This document shows positions 40,671-54,290 of a stretch of 64,000 bases of DNA, piece by piece. A program made the position numbers and the translations under genes. Source of the stretch: the human T2T-CHM13v2.0 reference genome, Homo sapiens. The notes under the pieces are model-generated. The model was not told the origin of the DNA. It did no database searches and was given only the letters and a program-made list of their open reading frames with translations. Numbering within the stretch: position 1 is the stretch's first letter; each line of letters begins with the position of its first letter. The DNA lies in NCBI RefSeq assembly GCF_009914755.1, contig NC_060929.1, one strand, 5' to 3'.

Positions 40671-43084
40671 TGAGGAAATTTGCTAAGGCTCAGTCTCTAC
40701 ATTCATCACATGGTTTCATATCTACCCCTATCTTTGCTGAACTATGAAATGGGAGATGTTTAAAAATATGATTGTGTTTTTTAAACATAATGCACTGTTG
40801 TCATTACTATCTGACTAATATTAGCTCAATACCCAATTCAATTTTACCCATCTTTTAAAATTCACTACTGTGTAGAATCTATTTATTTTATGTTCATTTC
40901 TCTTTAGGATTGGTAAATTAGATCACTTGCCCTCTTAGTTGTGGTTTATATCCTTAGGATTTCTTTATGATATGTTAAATAATCCTACTTCTTTATAATC
41001 ATCAGAGTTCACAGAGGTAAATTATAGCTCAGGGAAATTGTAGTAGGATTTCTTGTAAGTATAAAAATCCACAGTATTATCTGTACTATATCTCCATTTT
41101 TCTCTTGAACTTCAAACTATATCTTCTAATTTGTTCTCACACATTCACTGAAAATACATTATCTTTTATTATTCCTGACAATTTTCAAATTTGTTTTAAT
41201 AATGCTGTATTCCTTTAGTAAATCATTATTGACTGGCTATCACATGCAATACAGTGCTTAGTGCATGTAGTAGACTGTATTGCACTTTATGTAATAACAG
41301 GTTAAAGCATCTTACAACTCCTTAAGTAGGAACTTCAATTCTTTTTGCATAACACAGAGAGAAAATCATTTTCCTTGTGAATGTATAATCAGCCTAGTTT
41401 GTGCCATTGCTGGCACTTTATCTCTCTTCCAATGTTACCATTAATTCAGAACCTAGTATATATACTCTTACCTTTTCTCTCCTTTAAATATTTTTTTCCG
41501 TTTTCCTACAATAAAACCAGTTTTCAGTTCAGACATTTCTAACTATCCTCATTTACATTTCAGAACTAGAATGTTCTCCTGCCTTCACACATTCGGGGAT
41601 TTTTTAACCAGTCTGACAGTTTTTAATTTGATCTTGTTTTGCAGGTCATGAATTCAATTTCTAAATGCTTTACCGTTTTTCGTTTTCTCAAATAGAATAA
41701 TGCTCCATCCATCAATTGTTATCTCCTTATCTTCAGGGTTTTTTTTTTTTCCATTTCCCCTGAACCAAGGTCAATGTTTATAAAATCTGCTTTTTACTAA
41801 TTAAATCTGACATTGTTTGATAATATCAATTGTACTTAAGTAGCATATAAATTCATCACAAGTGAATCCACCCTGGTGAGTTGGAAGATATTGGAGATTG
41901 CATTTTCAATAATAAACAACTCATGTGCATTATTTTTTAATAAAATTCTTAAAAAGAAATTATATAAGCACTATAAATGATCTGTGAGCTGGTCAAATAT
42001 GTTTTCTCTAGCACTCATCAGAAAGATTAGGTCTGATCACCTTTTAAAATGGTGTGCGCAAATTTTATTAATTATGTGTCTCTTTGGAGTAGAATGTGCT
42101 GAATACAGCTTCTTTGGAGCAATCTCTGCTTTGTGACTCAGAAATCTGAATTTTATAGGGAAATAAAGAGTAGCTTAAAAGCATGTAGATTAAACTAGCA
42201 TAAATTTTATTGGAAGATCTCACCTCACTTTACAAAAAATAATCAATATTGACGAAAATAGGTATAATGAGTAAATATTATCATATAAGGAAAAACCTAG
42301 ACATCCTCCCCAAGGAATACAGAGAAGCTCATCAGGAATTAAGTCCTATTTTCTGCTGGACTTTCATGTGCTAAGAAAATTAAAAATGCAAACAGCAAGA
42401 TGTCCTTGACTGTGTAAGAGTTCTATCAAGCATAATGAATTTGAAGATACCAAAGAACAATTATGATATTGATAATAAAGGAATACGTCTCCATTTTTAT
42501 ATTTAATGGTAAAGTCTAGTACTAGTTATTAAAACTGATAACCAAATTTAGTATCTAGTAAGTAGTGCATAATGTGCATGGTCTAGTGCCCTCTTCTTTC
42601 TTTCAGACAAATCCCAATTTTACATTCAAAAGGGCATGTAATCAGATGACAGTGTTATTGTCTGTTGAAGCCTCATAATTTACTTAAAGTTAAAGTCACA
42701 ATTGTGCTTTGTATCTCAGTGTACTTGATGATGAGTTCATTAGCCTTTCATTCTCAGAAACAAAGCTTGGCTGAATGGCTGGTCATTTGGCTTCAAAACA
42801 GAAATTTGGCTGTGACTCAAGATCTACTTTCTTCAGGTCTTCTTTCTCCAGGCCTGCTGTGTGCAGCTTACAGTTTTTGTTTTTCAATGTGAACTCAAGA
42901 GCTAGCTCATAGTCACTATGTGTAGACACATGTGAGAATGCATCTGTCCAAGTTTGATGCAAGGGAGCAAAAATACAATGACACATCCTACGTTTCAAAT
43001 GGTATTCTTTCTCTCCTGTGTCTTGGTTAGGCAGAAGATTTAAACTAAAACGGAGATCAAAAGTTAAGGATGACTGACAATCCA

Positions 43085-43300
43085 GTAGGGTGTGGTTGGG
43101 AAAAGCATTGATTAGAAGTCAAAAAACCTAGTTTTCTGGTCGGGCTCTGGTATTTTACTGTCTTTGGCCTTAAGCAAGATACTGAATGTTTCAGAATTTC
43201 TATTTCCACATCTGAAGTGAAAGGTCATTCATTTTCTCATGCTGTCCACAAGAGGGTTGCTATGAGAATCAAATGAAAAACTGCATTTGAAGCATCTTAT
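43085..43300 (+). mobile_element. MIR SINE
   Basis: gaaaagcattgattagaagtcaaaaaacctag...ggccttaagcaag...gggttgctatgagaatcaaatgaaa. Confidence 0.7.
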
Positions 43301-43399
43301 TTAGAACTGAAGATATTACTCTAAATGGAACCATTAGAACATAAAGATTTTTTTTTAAAAAAAAAGGGGGCAGGCCGTGAAAAACTGGACTACCATCCT

Positions 43400-43700
43400 G
43401 CCATGGCTCCTGAGATAACCAGGCATGGAATCCAATCCCACCTCTGATTACTTTCCTAACTGTAACTTTTAGAAAGCCTCAGACATCTCATCTATTAGAA
43501 TGGTGCTAAAGTAATTGTGGTTTTTGCCATTGTGTTTTTAAACGGAAAAAAACACAACTACTTTAGCACCAACCTAATATAAATTAGGATTCCAATAATA
43601 TCTATTTCTGAAGAATGTTGAGCAGGTTAAAGGACACAAGGGATGGAAGCCACTTAGAAAATGGTAGGACACATAGTGAGTGCACAGTAAATAGTTGTTG
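43400..43700 (+). mobile_element. MIR SINE interrupted by MADE1
   Basis: gcctcagacatctcatcta|MADE1|taaattaggat...acatagtgagtgcacagtaaat. Confidence 0.6.
43495..43577. mobile_element. Complete MADE1 MITE (Hsmar1 derivative), palindromic
   Basis: ttagaatggtgctaaagtaattgtggtttttgcc...aaaaacacaactactttagcaccaacctaa flanked by TA on both sides. Confidence 0.92.
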
Positions 43701-43930
43701 CTGCTGTTGCTGGTGTGATAAGTGTGTTAAAGGATTTCACCTTGCCCATTCCCAGGCACATTTTTCTCATTTGCTGTATGCCTGGCACAGAACATTGCAA
43801 TTATACAACCAGCAATAACAAGTATGAGAGGGTAAATTATGTAATGCCTAAGAAAGGGTGAACCTTGACAGGATGTGGTTCCTCAAATCAATCAATGAGA
43901 TTTGAGAGAGCAAGAAGGTATTACCATTAA

Positions 43931-44120
43931 CAGGGGTTCACAAACTCCAGCCTGTGGGCCAAACTCAACCACTACCTGCTGCCTCTTCTGTAAATAAAGT
44001 TTTATTGGAGCACAGCCACATCCATTCGTTTCCATCTTGTCTATGGCTACCTTCATGCTACAACTGTGGAGTTAAGTTGTTGCTACCTGGCCCTTGACAG
44101 AAAAAGTTTGGCAACCTCTG
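43931..44120. mobile_element. MER58A hAT-Charlie MITE
   Basis: TIRs caggggttcacaaact / agtttggcaacctctg; gtaaataaagttttattggagcacagccac. Confidence 0.85.
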
Positions 44121-45098
44121 CTTGACAGAATTCAGGGGACTATTGAGCATGAAACTGTACCAGAATTCAAGAACAAGGTATCAGATAAAGTAGCAAATGC
44201 TAAAAACCAAGTGCACATAAGCAACAATAAGATGTTGAAATTGATTTTTAAGCAGAGGGTCTCAAAACCTCTACTGGCACATGACTGACCCTCTTGCAAG
44301 TCTGGCTCAGGATATACAGATGAATAAGGGGTTGTAAGCAGCTGAAGAGAAGGGAGGCTCAGAAATAAGGAAGAACTTTGTGGACTAGAGGTTGTCTGTC
44401 AGCCACAAACACCCAAGAGGCCTCTCTAAAAATGAGTTCAAAACTCACTGTGTGACTGTCTGACAATAGATTCGTAAGTTATAAACTAAAGCTGTTTACC
44501 CAAGAACTAAAGGAAATTTGATCATGGTTAATTACACCTCACCCTTTAGACACACTCCATGATGATACATTTTTGGTATTCCACAAATGAGCCTTTATTT
44601 TTCTTTGTTCTTTCCCATCACAAATAGAACGGCTTGACCGGCTACAGATTCTGTACTCTTGGCATAAATTAATGATTGCTGTCCTTCCCTCAATTATACA
44701 AAATTTATAAGACCTATCATTCTTATCAATTTTAAAAATGAAATGCAATAAAGAACTCAAATGATCACTCAGATATTTTTGCACAAACACAAATAGTGAA
44801 ACTGAACCACTGGCTTGCATGCACGGCCTCTATCAGATTGCTTGAAATGTTCATTGTCAACTGATGTGTGAAATAACAAATTCATTGTATATAGGTATCA
44901 AGGGGTACTAATGTGTAATAAATGAGTGTCTATTTTCAAAAATAAGACACATTTTTAAAATTCGAGAGGCAACTGTGTAAGAGTTTTGTTTTCAAGTATT
45001 TGGAGGAATATTGAACCTAAGCTAATAAGATGTAATGAATAATTAATCTTAATAATGCAATTATTATAGTCAGATATACATAACCTACTATATGTAGG

Positions 45099-45505
45099 TG
45101 TCTTAGTCCATTTTCTGTTGCTATAACTGAATATCTGTGACAGGGTAATTATTTTTTTAAATTATTTCTTACAGTTCTAGAGGCTGGGAAGTCCAAGAGC
45201 ATGGCACTGGCATCTAGTGGGGTTCTGGTGAAAGGCTTGTGCTATGTCATAACATGACAGAGAAGTGGCTGCATGCAACATGAGAGGAGGTCTCACTTCA
45301 TAACAACCTGTTCTCCCTATAACAAATCTACTCCTGCAAGAGTGGGAACTCACTCACTCCTGTGAAAATTAACCCATTTCCTTGAGAGCAGCATTAATCC
45401 CTTTCGATGATATAATCACTTCTTAAGGTTCCACTTCCCAACACTGCCACATCAGGATTAAATTTCCAACGCCTGATTTCTGAAGGACACACTCAAATCA
45501 TAGCA
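45099..45505 (-). mobile_element. MaLR solo LTR (MST family)
   Basis: tgtcttagtccattttctgttgctataac...ttctagaggctgggaagtccaagagcatggcactggcatct...caaatcatagca. Confidence 0.85.
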
Positions 45506-46719
45506 CTGGGGAAAGTCTTAGCTAGCCCTGGGCAGAAAGAGAAGAGTGGGCTTTGGGGGAACATATCTTTGAAGAAATCTAATCTAATTTTCATGGTCCT
45601 TCAGAAACTTTCTACCTTGAGGCTTTTTCATCCAGGAGAGTGAGCCACTGAAATCATTAGGTTTACATTTCTATCTTTGCTTTCCTGAAATTGATTTATT
45701 TAACTACACATTTCACTGGTCTGATTTTTGTTTTTAGAGTCATGCCAAACTGTTTTCATCTCTAATAACTTATTACTTTTGAAACACCTGTTGGTTTTGA
45801 AGCTTTCTATTTTGTGACATTGGGCAGAAAATATATTGACCAAATTGGTACAATTGGTTACTAGATTGATGCTGGTTTCTAGATTTTCCTTTGGGCTTGT
45901 TAAGGCTTGGGGAAAGTTTTAGAAATCAATGAGGGGAACATCGTTTCCCAAAAGTCTTGTCTGCACATTATCACTAAATAATATGCAATAGGAAGACAGA
46001 AGATGAATGCCAAGTGTCCTATCTGCAGGAACAATTGTGGAATGACTCTCTTCCCACCTCCAGAATTAAAGGGCACCATTGGATCATCTCTGAACAGCAG
46101 TCTGGGCTGGTATCCAATACTGTCAACTCCCAGTTAGATACAGCTGCAGAATCTCCAAAACCAAAACCAAAATAAAAAAATCTTGGTGCCAGTGTATTTT
46201 TGCTAAGAAAATAATACAAATATGATTATAGCCATTAAAGGCTATGCTTATTTTTTGAACCAATGTCACGAGCAATTCTAGGTGTGAAAGCTTCAGGCAT
46301 GTTCACTCTAATAAGACATATGAGTGGACTAAGTCCCATGTGAAATGCAGAAACAAGTCTGGCTGATAAAATGCTCTTTATATCTATGGTCATCAGGAGT
46401 CATCAGCCAGCCTGAGACTGCATAAAGTAGGAGAAGAAAGGGCTAATAATGAATTGAGTTTAATTAAATCTCCAGAGCCAAACTGGGTAAGAAAGGGAAG
46501 AAAGATTATTTCACAGAGGTTAACTTAAATTTGACCTTCCTCCTAGACCTATTGTTCTAAGCGTGATTGCCCAATTTTATCAGATGTATAAAACCTTGAG
46601 TTCATAGAGGTCAAGGGGCTGGTCCCACATTAAACAGCCAGAAAGAGACAAAGTGAGATTCTGAGCCCTGATATGTCTGTCTCTGTCTTAGTTCATTTAA
46701 AGTTGCTCTAACAGAATAT

Positions 46720-46720
46720 T

Positions 46721-46767
<47 letters not shown>
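46720..46767. repeat. (TTTA)12 microsatellite derived from the Alu tail
   Basis: Perfect tetranucleotide run counted in the sequence. Confidence 0.92.
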
Positions 46768-46768
<1 letters not shown>

Positions 46769-46911
46769 TTTTGAGACAGAGTCTCACTCTGTCGCTCAGG
46801 CTGGAGTACAGTGGCACAATCTCAGCTCACTGCAGCCACCACCTCTCAGGTTCAAGTGATTCTCCTGCCTCAGCCTCCTGAGTAGCTGGGATTACAGGTG
46901 CCCACCACCAC
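46722..46911 (-). mobile_element. 5'-truncated Alu (right monomer only)
   Basis: ttttgagacagagtctcactctgtcgc...attacaggtgcccaccaccac; perfect 13-bp TSD taacagaatattt (46709-46721 / 46917-46929). Confidence 0.93.
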
Positions 46912-47319
46912 AGATATAACAGAATATTTGGGACTGGGAAGTTCATAAAGAAAAGAGGTTCCTCTGGCTCATGATTCTGCTGGCTGGACAATTCAAGATT
47001 CAGCACCTATGTCTGATGAGGGCCTCAGAAGGAGGAAGGGGACTTGTTGTGCAGAGATCACATGGCAAGAGATCTTTTCTTTTTTTTTTAATCAACCAGC
47101 TCTCACAGGAACTAACAGAGCAAGAATTCACTCACCTCTGAAGGAGGGCATTAATCTATTCATGAAGGATCCACCCTCATAATCCAAACTCCTCCCACTA
47201 GGTCCTACCTCCTAACATTGCCATATTGCGGATCAAATGTCAACATGATATTTGGAGGGGACAAACATCCAAACCATAGCAGTCTGTAAAGACAACTTCT
47301 CTCCTTTAGACTGTCCTAG

Positions 47320-47540
47320 TGCTGTGGTAAAAGAGAAGGTAATTTTGGACCCTGGCTGCCTTGATTTGAACACCACTTCTTTCCCTAAAATCTAGTGACC
47401 CTAGGCAAATAACTTAGTCTCACTGTACTTCAACTCTCTTATTGGTAAAATGGGAAAAATAATTAATAATGGCTTTGTTAGGATTAAATTAGTTAGTGTA
47501 TACAAAAATAATGTGACACATATTACTCAAGTGTATGCTG
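47320..47540 (+). mobile_element. MIR SINE
   Basis: gtgaccctaggcaaataacttagtctc...gtaaaatgggaaaaataat...ttaggattaaattag. Confidence 0.7.
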
Positions 47541-47711
47541 TTACCACTATACTATATGGTATTTTCCACTATATGCTATTTTCTCCCCAATTCTAACCCT
47601 CATTTCCCAGAAAGAAAAAAATACTTAAAGGGAAAATTGTTTGCATAAATTTCTGAATAATCAAAATATTCAGAATTCACTTGGCTTATGGAGATAGTAA
47701 GATACATGCAC

Positions 47712-47938
47712 TTATATTTATTTTTATTTCTTTCTTCAACTTTTAAGTTCCAGGGTACATGAACAGGATGTGCAGGTTTGTTACATAGGTAAACGTGTGC
47801 CATGGTGGTTTGCTGCACAGATCAACCTATTACCCAGGCATTAAGCTCAGCATCCATTAGCTATTCTTCCTGATGCTGTCCCTCCCCCTGCCTTCCCCAC
47901 AGGCCCCACTGTGTGTTGTTTTCCTCCATGTGTCCATG
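47712..47938 (-). mobile_element. Short L1PA 3'UTR insertion
   Basis: caggatgtgcaggtttgttacataggtaaacgtgtgccatggtggtttgctgcacagatc; degenerate TSD around acat..acttata. Confidence 0.9.
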
Positions 47939-49149
47939 ACACAGACACATACTTATAAATACACGTGTGTTTATATCAATTTATAAAATCAAGAATTAAT
48001 TTTAGAAATAGTAACTGGCTTAGACTATGCTCCATTTTCTTTCCCCAAATTAATGCAAAATCTACATTAGAATGGCTTTCAATGTTTGAAGAAATGAAAC
48101 TATTCAGAAGTTTACATAAGGAAGCAATTTGCTTGGATTGAATAAGGTAATACATAAGTATGTAAAACCCTTTCTCTGTAAATGCTGCTTTTAATTAGGA
48201 ATGGAGCTCTGAAAGAAATCCTAGTTATTATATCCACAAACTGAACTCAGGCAACTATTTTAATTGGAACAGAAAACACCAAAATGCAGAAGATTTATCA
48301 AGGAAATTTGAAAATTAGAAAAAAAAGAACACCTAGTTCATAGTAAACAACATTTTGTGTTCTTTTTCTTTACCCCAGTAAAGAGATTGGAATAATCCCC
48401 TTGTCAGAGGAGATGGATGGCATACATTCAGGATTCTGCAGGGCATTAAATAGTTGTCGCCATGTCAGGCAACTCTCTTCGGTTATTAATACCGAATAAA
48501 ATCAACATTCTTCTCCTTCTTTCTTGAGTTAAACATTTCCCCTCCATTCCATTCCTGCTGTCTGTCCTTTCAGTTCTTAGCATTTGTCGTAGTTCTTCCT
48601 CTAGCAAGGCTTTTCTCTTCTCTTTGGCAACGTCCCTCACATTTTACACAGCAGCCAAAGAAACCTTGACTTCTTTTCATCTTTTTCCTTCCTTTGGCTA
48701 TTCTTTTGAGGGAAAAGACATGTTTCTGTCCTTCTCTTTAGATTGCATTTATCCAGTAGAAGCAGTCTGTGTTTTTGCAATAGCCAACATCTGGGCAGAA
48801 GGGAAAAGGAGAAGTGGGTTTGGCGAATGACAGCCTGCGGAAGGCTGAACGTCACCTTCAACTCAATTGAGCACCACGACCCTCAACTTGATAAGACTGC
48901 CCAACTGATTATATCAGCTTCCCTCTTCATCTGGCACTTCCAGTGTATGAGGCCCAATTAGTATATGGCAAGAATTGAGTCTTCCTACAAGCTGAAGAGT
49001 ATGGTCTAGTAAGTATTAAGTCAGTTGCGCATTCCTATGTCACTTGGTAACATCTGAGGCCAGTAGACCCACACTTAACAAGTGCCTAAGGAATTAAGTA
49101 AATAGTGCCTAAAATACTCTGAGCTTGTTTTGAGGTAAATTAGGCCTCG

Positions 49150-49430
49150 AATAGTAGCAGCAGCAGCAGCAGTGGAGGTGGTAGTAATAGTTTTTCATAG
49201 CAGTGGTTGCAGTAGTAGTAGCAGTAGTAAATGTTTATGGAGCACTTACTATATGCCAGGCACTGTTTTCAATACCTTATATTTATTCTCTCATTGCATC
49301 CTCATAACTAACTGCCTCATCGAAAGGGACTATTATTAATTAAACTCTACAGAGAAGAAACTGCAGCCAAGAAAATTTAATAATTTACCTAGGGTCACAC
49401 AGCTAATATATATTAGAGCAGGGATTCAAA
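49150..49430 (-). mobile_element. MIR SINE with (AGT/AGC)n simple-repeat tail
   Basis: agtagcagcagcagc...gagcacttactatatgccaggcactgtt...agggtcacacagctaat...gggattcaaa. Confidence 0.8.
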
Positions 49431-50551
49431 TACTGCATGTCTTTCTTTCTCCACAAGTGAGGCTGATTTCTGTGAATCATACTGCCTTGCATGGTAGTAT
49501 ATAAATCTCTCCAGAGTGTTGTGTAAACTCTGAGGAATCAAGATTCTCATCACTAGGTCTGTCTGACTCCAGAGTCCACATTTTTAACTACTATATAATG
49601 CAATCCTCCTTAAAACTGAATACTTTGTATTATTGCATGGGGAGAAAATATATTGAAGAGGACATTGACAGCATCTGTGTCTACACAGCATTACACATTT
49701 GGAGGATATATCCTTCCAGTATTGCTTAGAAGGAAGACACCCAGTTCAGCTGACTCTACCATTGATAGCCTACCTAGATTTAACTTCACAGTTCCTGGCT
49801 TTTTCTCACTTTACATGTTTAGTAAGCAAATTTCTGATCTGTATTTAAGGAGGCTTTTCTCTTGGAAAAGAATCTGCTGAAAAGCTATTTTGAATATTGG
49901 TCCTCATGGCCATTATATATTTTTCATTATCCATTACTTAATTGACTTGCTGGTATGAATTAATTATGGATTTGGGGTAGTTGAGAATGTTGTTTTTTTT
50001 TTCCTCCATGAACTAATCATCTCCGAATATATCGACGATTAAAAAACGCAGATCTATAGAAGCAACATAGACATCGAAAATGTTTTTAATATCACATCTG
50101 TGGCATTATAGTTATCACATTATAGTTTACTAAGTGCTCTTACATATAATACATTTATTTAATATCTGTCTCACACTAAGCTGTTATCAGCAGAAGAGCA
50201 TGAAACATGTCTATTCACCAGTGAGTTCCCAACAATGGGCATTGCACCTAGCACATGATAAGTGCTTGATAAATATTTGTTGGATGCTTGAAAGTTCTTG
50301 CCTGATCCTCAGCAGAAGTCTTTGATCTAGGTAGAGAAGGTGACATTGTCTTCATTTTTCAGTTGAGCAAACAAGAGCAGAGGAAAGTTAAGTAACTTGG
50401 CCATGATATGGGGTAACTGGTCAGTTACTAATTCCATGATACTTCAGTTCTTATTTATTTTTTGTACTATAATAAACAAGAATGAATCTTTTGTGGGTCC
50501 ATATGCATCAACAATTTCAGAGGTATTCTTTACAAAAAAAATACAACATTA

Positions 50552-50860
<309 letters not shown>

Positions 50861-52329
50861 AAAATTAAGTACAGAGACTTGAAAGGGCTTGAACAAGTAA
50901 GTGGCACTGAAACTTAAGGTTTATTTGGTTCTTGTTTTATCTGGCTCTGATTATAATAGCTTTTATTTGTTATTGTTCTAATAATCATTAAGGCTTTGAC
51001 TTTAAGAAAAATGTTATTTCTTTTTCATATAAAATTCTCGCATGAATTTTCTTTTGGAATATTGGCATCTTCTTTTGTCCTAATTCACTCCCTTAAGTCA
51101 GGGCATTAGATGCAGAATAATCATCAAACCAAGATTCACGGTGGCTGGGGCCTTTCATGTGGCTCCTCTAAGCGGCTTTAACCATGAGTCTGATTTAGAC
51201 AAGTGGACATGGGGAATTGGCTTGGAAGAGGGACTGCAGGTGGTGGAATCATATCAAGGAAGGTCCATGAGTAGCAGAGCATAAAGAATATACAGAGAAC
51301 TGAGAAGCAGTAAAGGCTAATGTTGCAAGTGGTGGGCCATCTAGAGAGAGCTAATACAGGATGAGACTGGAAGATGGTTTGGATTTTTTGATGGCCAGCC
51401 TTAAAGACTAAGATGTCTGGACTTTACACAATAAGACCTAAGAAGTAATAGGTCTTTGAATTAGATATGATAAAAACTACATATCAAGAAGACAGACCTT
51501 AAAGCATGGCCAAGATAGAGTATGTTAGCTCTACATTTTAACCATGAAATCAAAGAACAATAATATCTTAGAAAATCAAAAATATTTTCTTCATTGTTCC
51601 ACTGAAGGTAATCACACTGAAATCATGAGCCACAATCTTGTCCCTTTCTCTGTCACAGCTATGGATGCACTGCTTTCCTTCTACCTGCCCTGCAGCTCTT
51701 ACTCCGCCTCCTGGGCCCTCCTCGACGGGTCCTCTGTGAGTCCCCTGAAGCTCTGTCCTGTGTTGCCATCTTTTCTCTGTCTACACTCTCATCTAGTCTC
51801 ACTGCTTTAAAATCATCAATGTGTTCAGGACAGCCCACGTCCGTATCGCTAGCCTTATCCTTGTCCCCAAGCTTTAAACTCATTTAATCAAGTACTCTAC
51901 CTACATGTCTAATGGGACTTTCAAACAACATATCTACATTAGAACTCTGAATGTGTCTCCATGTGTTCCTTCTGCCCGTAACCTACCCACCACCTCACCC
52001 AGCCTTCCCTGATAGGTGAAATACGTCTACATTCACTCAGCTACTCAGGTCAGAAAACTAATAGTCACCACGTGTTATTTTTTGTTCTCCCACAAGTCAC
52101 ATTCAATTTATCAGAAATTCTCTACTTACAAAATAAATCTTGAATTTAAAAAAAGTTATCGTCTAGGAATTCTAGAAACATAGTGGCAGCAGGAGTAGAA
52201 GAGGTGTTGAATCTTATGAGCCACCACATAAAAACAGATAAGTAAATAGAGTGCAAACCCCAAAATCGGTGGACAACACTGACAATAAAGTTAGGAGAAG
52301 GTATCTCTGATCTCCGAGATACAATGCAT

Positions 52330-52620
52330 GGATCGCGATCTTGAAATATCTTTTCCTACTGAAATAAACAAAGGCTTTTTATGGTGCTTATTTTAGGTCT
52401 GGGGCAGGACTATACAAGTTGAGCCAGGGATATATTGTGATTCCCGATACGAAGGAAGTTATCAGACTACTTTTTGATATCATGTCAAAGGAGCACCATA
52501 GCTAATCCGAAGAGTCATTGGCCAAAGATGGGTTTATTTGAAACTTATTGGAACAATGACTCCTATAATAATAATGTAATAGACCAAAATCCAATAAATG
52601 CTGTTTAACTCCTTGAGTTG
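52330..52620 (+). mobile_element. Old L1M (L1MC4-like) fragment
   Basis: ttttaggtctggggcaggactatacaagttgagcc...aaggaagttatcagactac. Confidence 0.55.
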
Positions 52621-52764
52621 AAGATAATATTTTTCCAAGCAATTAACCACACTCCTTTCTCCCCTGAAAGAAGAAAAAATGGCAAAGAACACTTTATATA
52701 CACTGCTCTCTCCAAAGTTAATTATTGACCCCTACCCCCATGTTGTCACTCCTAAACCTCACAT

Positions 52765-53345
52765 TTATTTATTTAAAATGTATAGAGATTAAACATCTAT
52801 TTTTTGGTATACTACTGTGAATTTTGACAGACGCATAACCACTATTATACTCAAGATACAGAACAGTTCCATCAACCCAAAATATTTGCTTGTGACTCTT
52901 TTCCTTGCCCCCACCCCTGGCAACCACTATCTGTTCTCCAGCCATATAATTTTGCCTTTTATAGAATGTTGTATAAATGAAATAATCTAATAGGTAGCCT
53001 TTTGAGCCTGTATTCTTTTACACAGCAAAATTCATTTGAGATTGATATACATTGTGTGTGTCAATAGTTTGTTCCTCATTATTTGTAGGTAGAATTATAT
53101 TTTATGGGTGTACCATAGGTTGCTTATCTGCTCACCAGTTACAGGGCATTTAGGTTGTTTCTAGTTTGAGTGATTATGAATTAAAACCAATATAATTATC
53201 CACTTACAGGTTTTATTGTGAATAAAATTTTCATTTCTCTTAGGTAAATACCGAGTAGTGGGATTGCTAAATTGCATTATAAGTGTAGACTTAACTTTAC
53301 AAGAAATTGCCATAGTATTTTTCAAAGTGGCTAAACAATCATATT
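52765..53345 (-). mobile_element. Old L1M (L1MB/ME-like) 3' end
   Basis: gaattttgacag...cagaacagttccatc...cctggcaaccactatctgttctc...ggtaaataccgagtagtgggattgct. Confidence 0.85.
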
Positions 53346-53369
53346 TTTTAAACGAGTTTGTTATCTTAG

Positions 53370-54163
53370 GAAAATGATTGAAAAAAATTATTGCCAAAAC
53401 TGTCTATTAATGGTAAAAAATCAAGCATTGATCCCAGCTTCACAGTATGAATTATACCATTGGGTAACCAACTAGTAGAGAAAGGGAAGTGTCTATTTAT
53501 AAAATTATTTCTCATAAGAAGTGAAATGAAATGATAAAATATTACCATTTTGCAACTCCTAATGCATTTTCCTACTAGTATCACAAATATGTTATAATCA
53601 GATGTAATGTGTTTCCTAATAAAAGAACACAGTACCACCAATAATCTTGCTAAAGGATTAAATCCAAGTCTGATGAAGACTCTGGGTCCAATTTTCAGGA
53701 ATACAGAAAAAAAGAAAAATGCCAGCACCACGCTATGCAATCAGCTAATTCCAGACCAAGAAAACCTATGTGTCAAATACCCTACATCCTTTAACAAATA
53801 AAATGTAAAGAAAAGAAAAGGAAGGACGTGGAAAGCTTTAGCTTAAAAGAGGCTTCAAAGATACATCAACTATAAGAAAGAAATGAGCTTGACCCAACTA
53901 TGATGTCTAGAAATGCACACTAGGTGATAAAATTGTAAAAAATAGGAGGGAGAAAAAAGGACAAGAGTAAAAATAGTGCTTATTTTGGCAGAGAAAAAGG
54001 ATTTTAATAAGTATGGGGCATGTGGAGGGTTTCTGGAGTGGCTGGCCAAGTTCTATTTCTTGTTCTGGGTGGTGGTTACGAGGGTATTTGCCTTAGAATA
54101 TCATTAAGCTATGTAATCATTTTGTCTGATTTTCCGTATCTATGCTTTATTTTACAATAAGAA
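53370..54163 (+). mobile_element. Old L1M (L1MC4/L1ME-like) 3' region
   Basis: aaagaacacagtaccacc...taaaagaggcttcaaagatacatcaac...ttctatttcttgttctgggtggtggttac...ttttacaataa. Confidence 0.6.
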
Positions 54164-54165
54164 AG

Positions 54166-54290
54166 GGCTGAGCACTGTGGCTCATGCCCGCAATCCGAGC
54201 ACTTTGGGAGGGCAAGGCAAGAGAATCTCTTGAGGCCAGGAGTTCAAGACCAGTCTGAGCAACATAGTAAGACCCCATCTCTACAAAAAA
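54166..54290 (+). mobile_element. FLAM / free left Alu monomer
   Basis: ggctgagcactgtggctcatgcc...cttgaggccaggagttcaagaccagtctgagcaacatagtaagaccccatctctacaaaaaa; no right arm. Confidence 0.88.

Larger units (their letters stand above)
46684..47281 (-). mobile_element. MaLR solo LTR (MSTB-like) interrupted by an Alu fragment
   Basis: tgtcttagttcat...gagggcattaatctattcatgaaggatccaccc...ggggacaaacatccaaaccatagca; flanks gtctc/gtctg. Confidence 0.85.

Noticed and set aside
31010-42850. Several strong plus-strand polypyrimidine-AG acceptors (near 31043, 39734, 41644, 42606)
   Set aside because: No matching donors with open frames; such sites are common in AT-rich introns
45099-47281. Two same-strand MST LTRs about 1.2 kb apart, possibly one provirus
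   Set aside because: The LTRs differ substantially, the second has its own near-TSD, and the spacer includes MIR-like sequence
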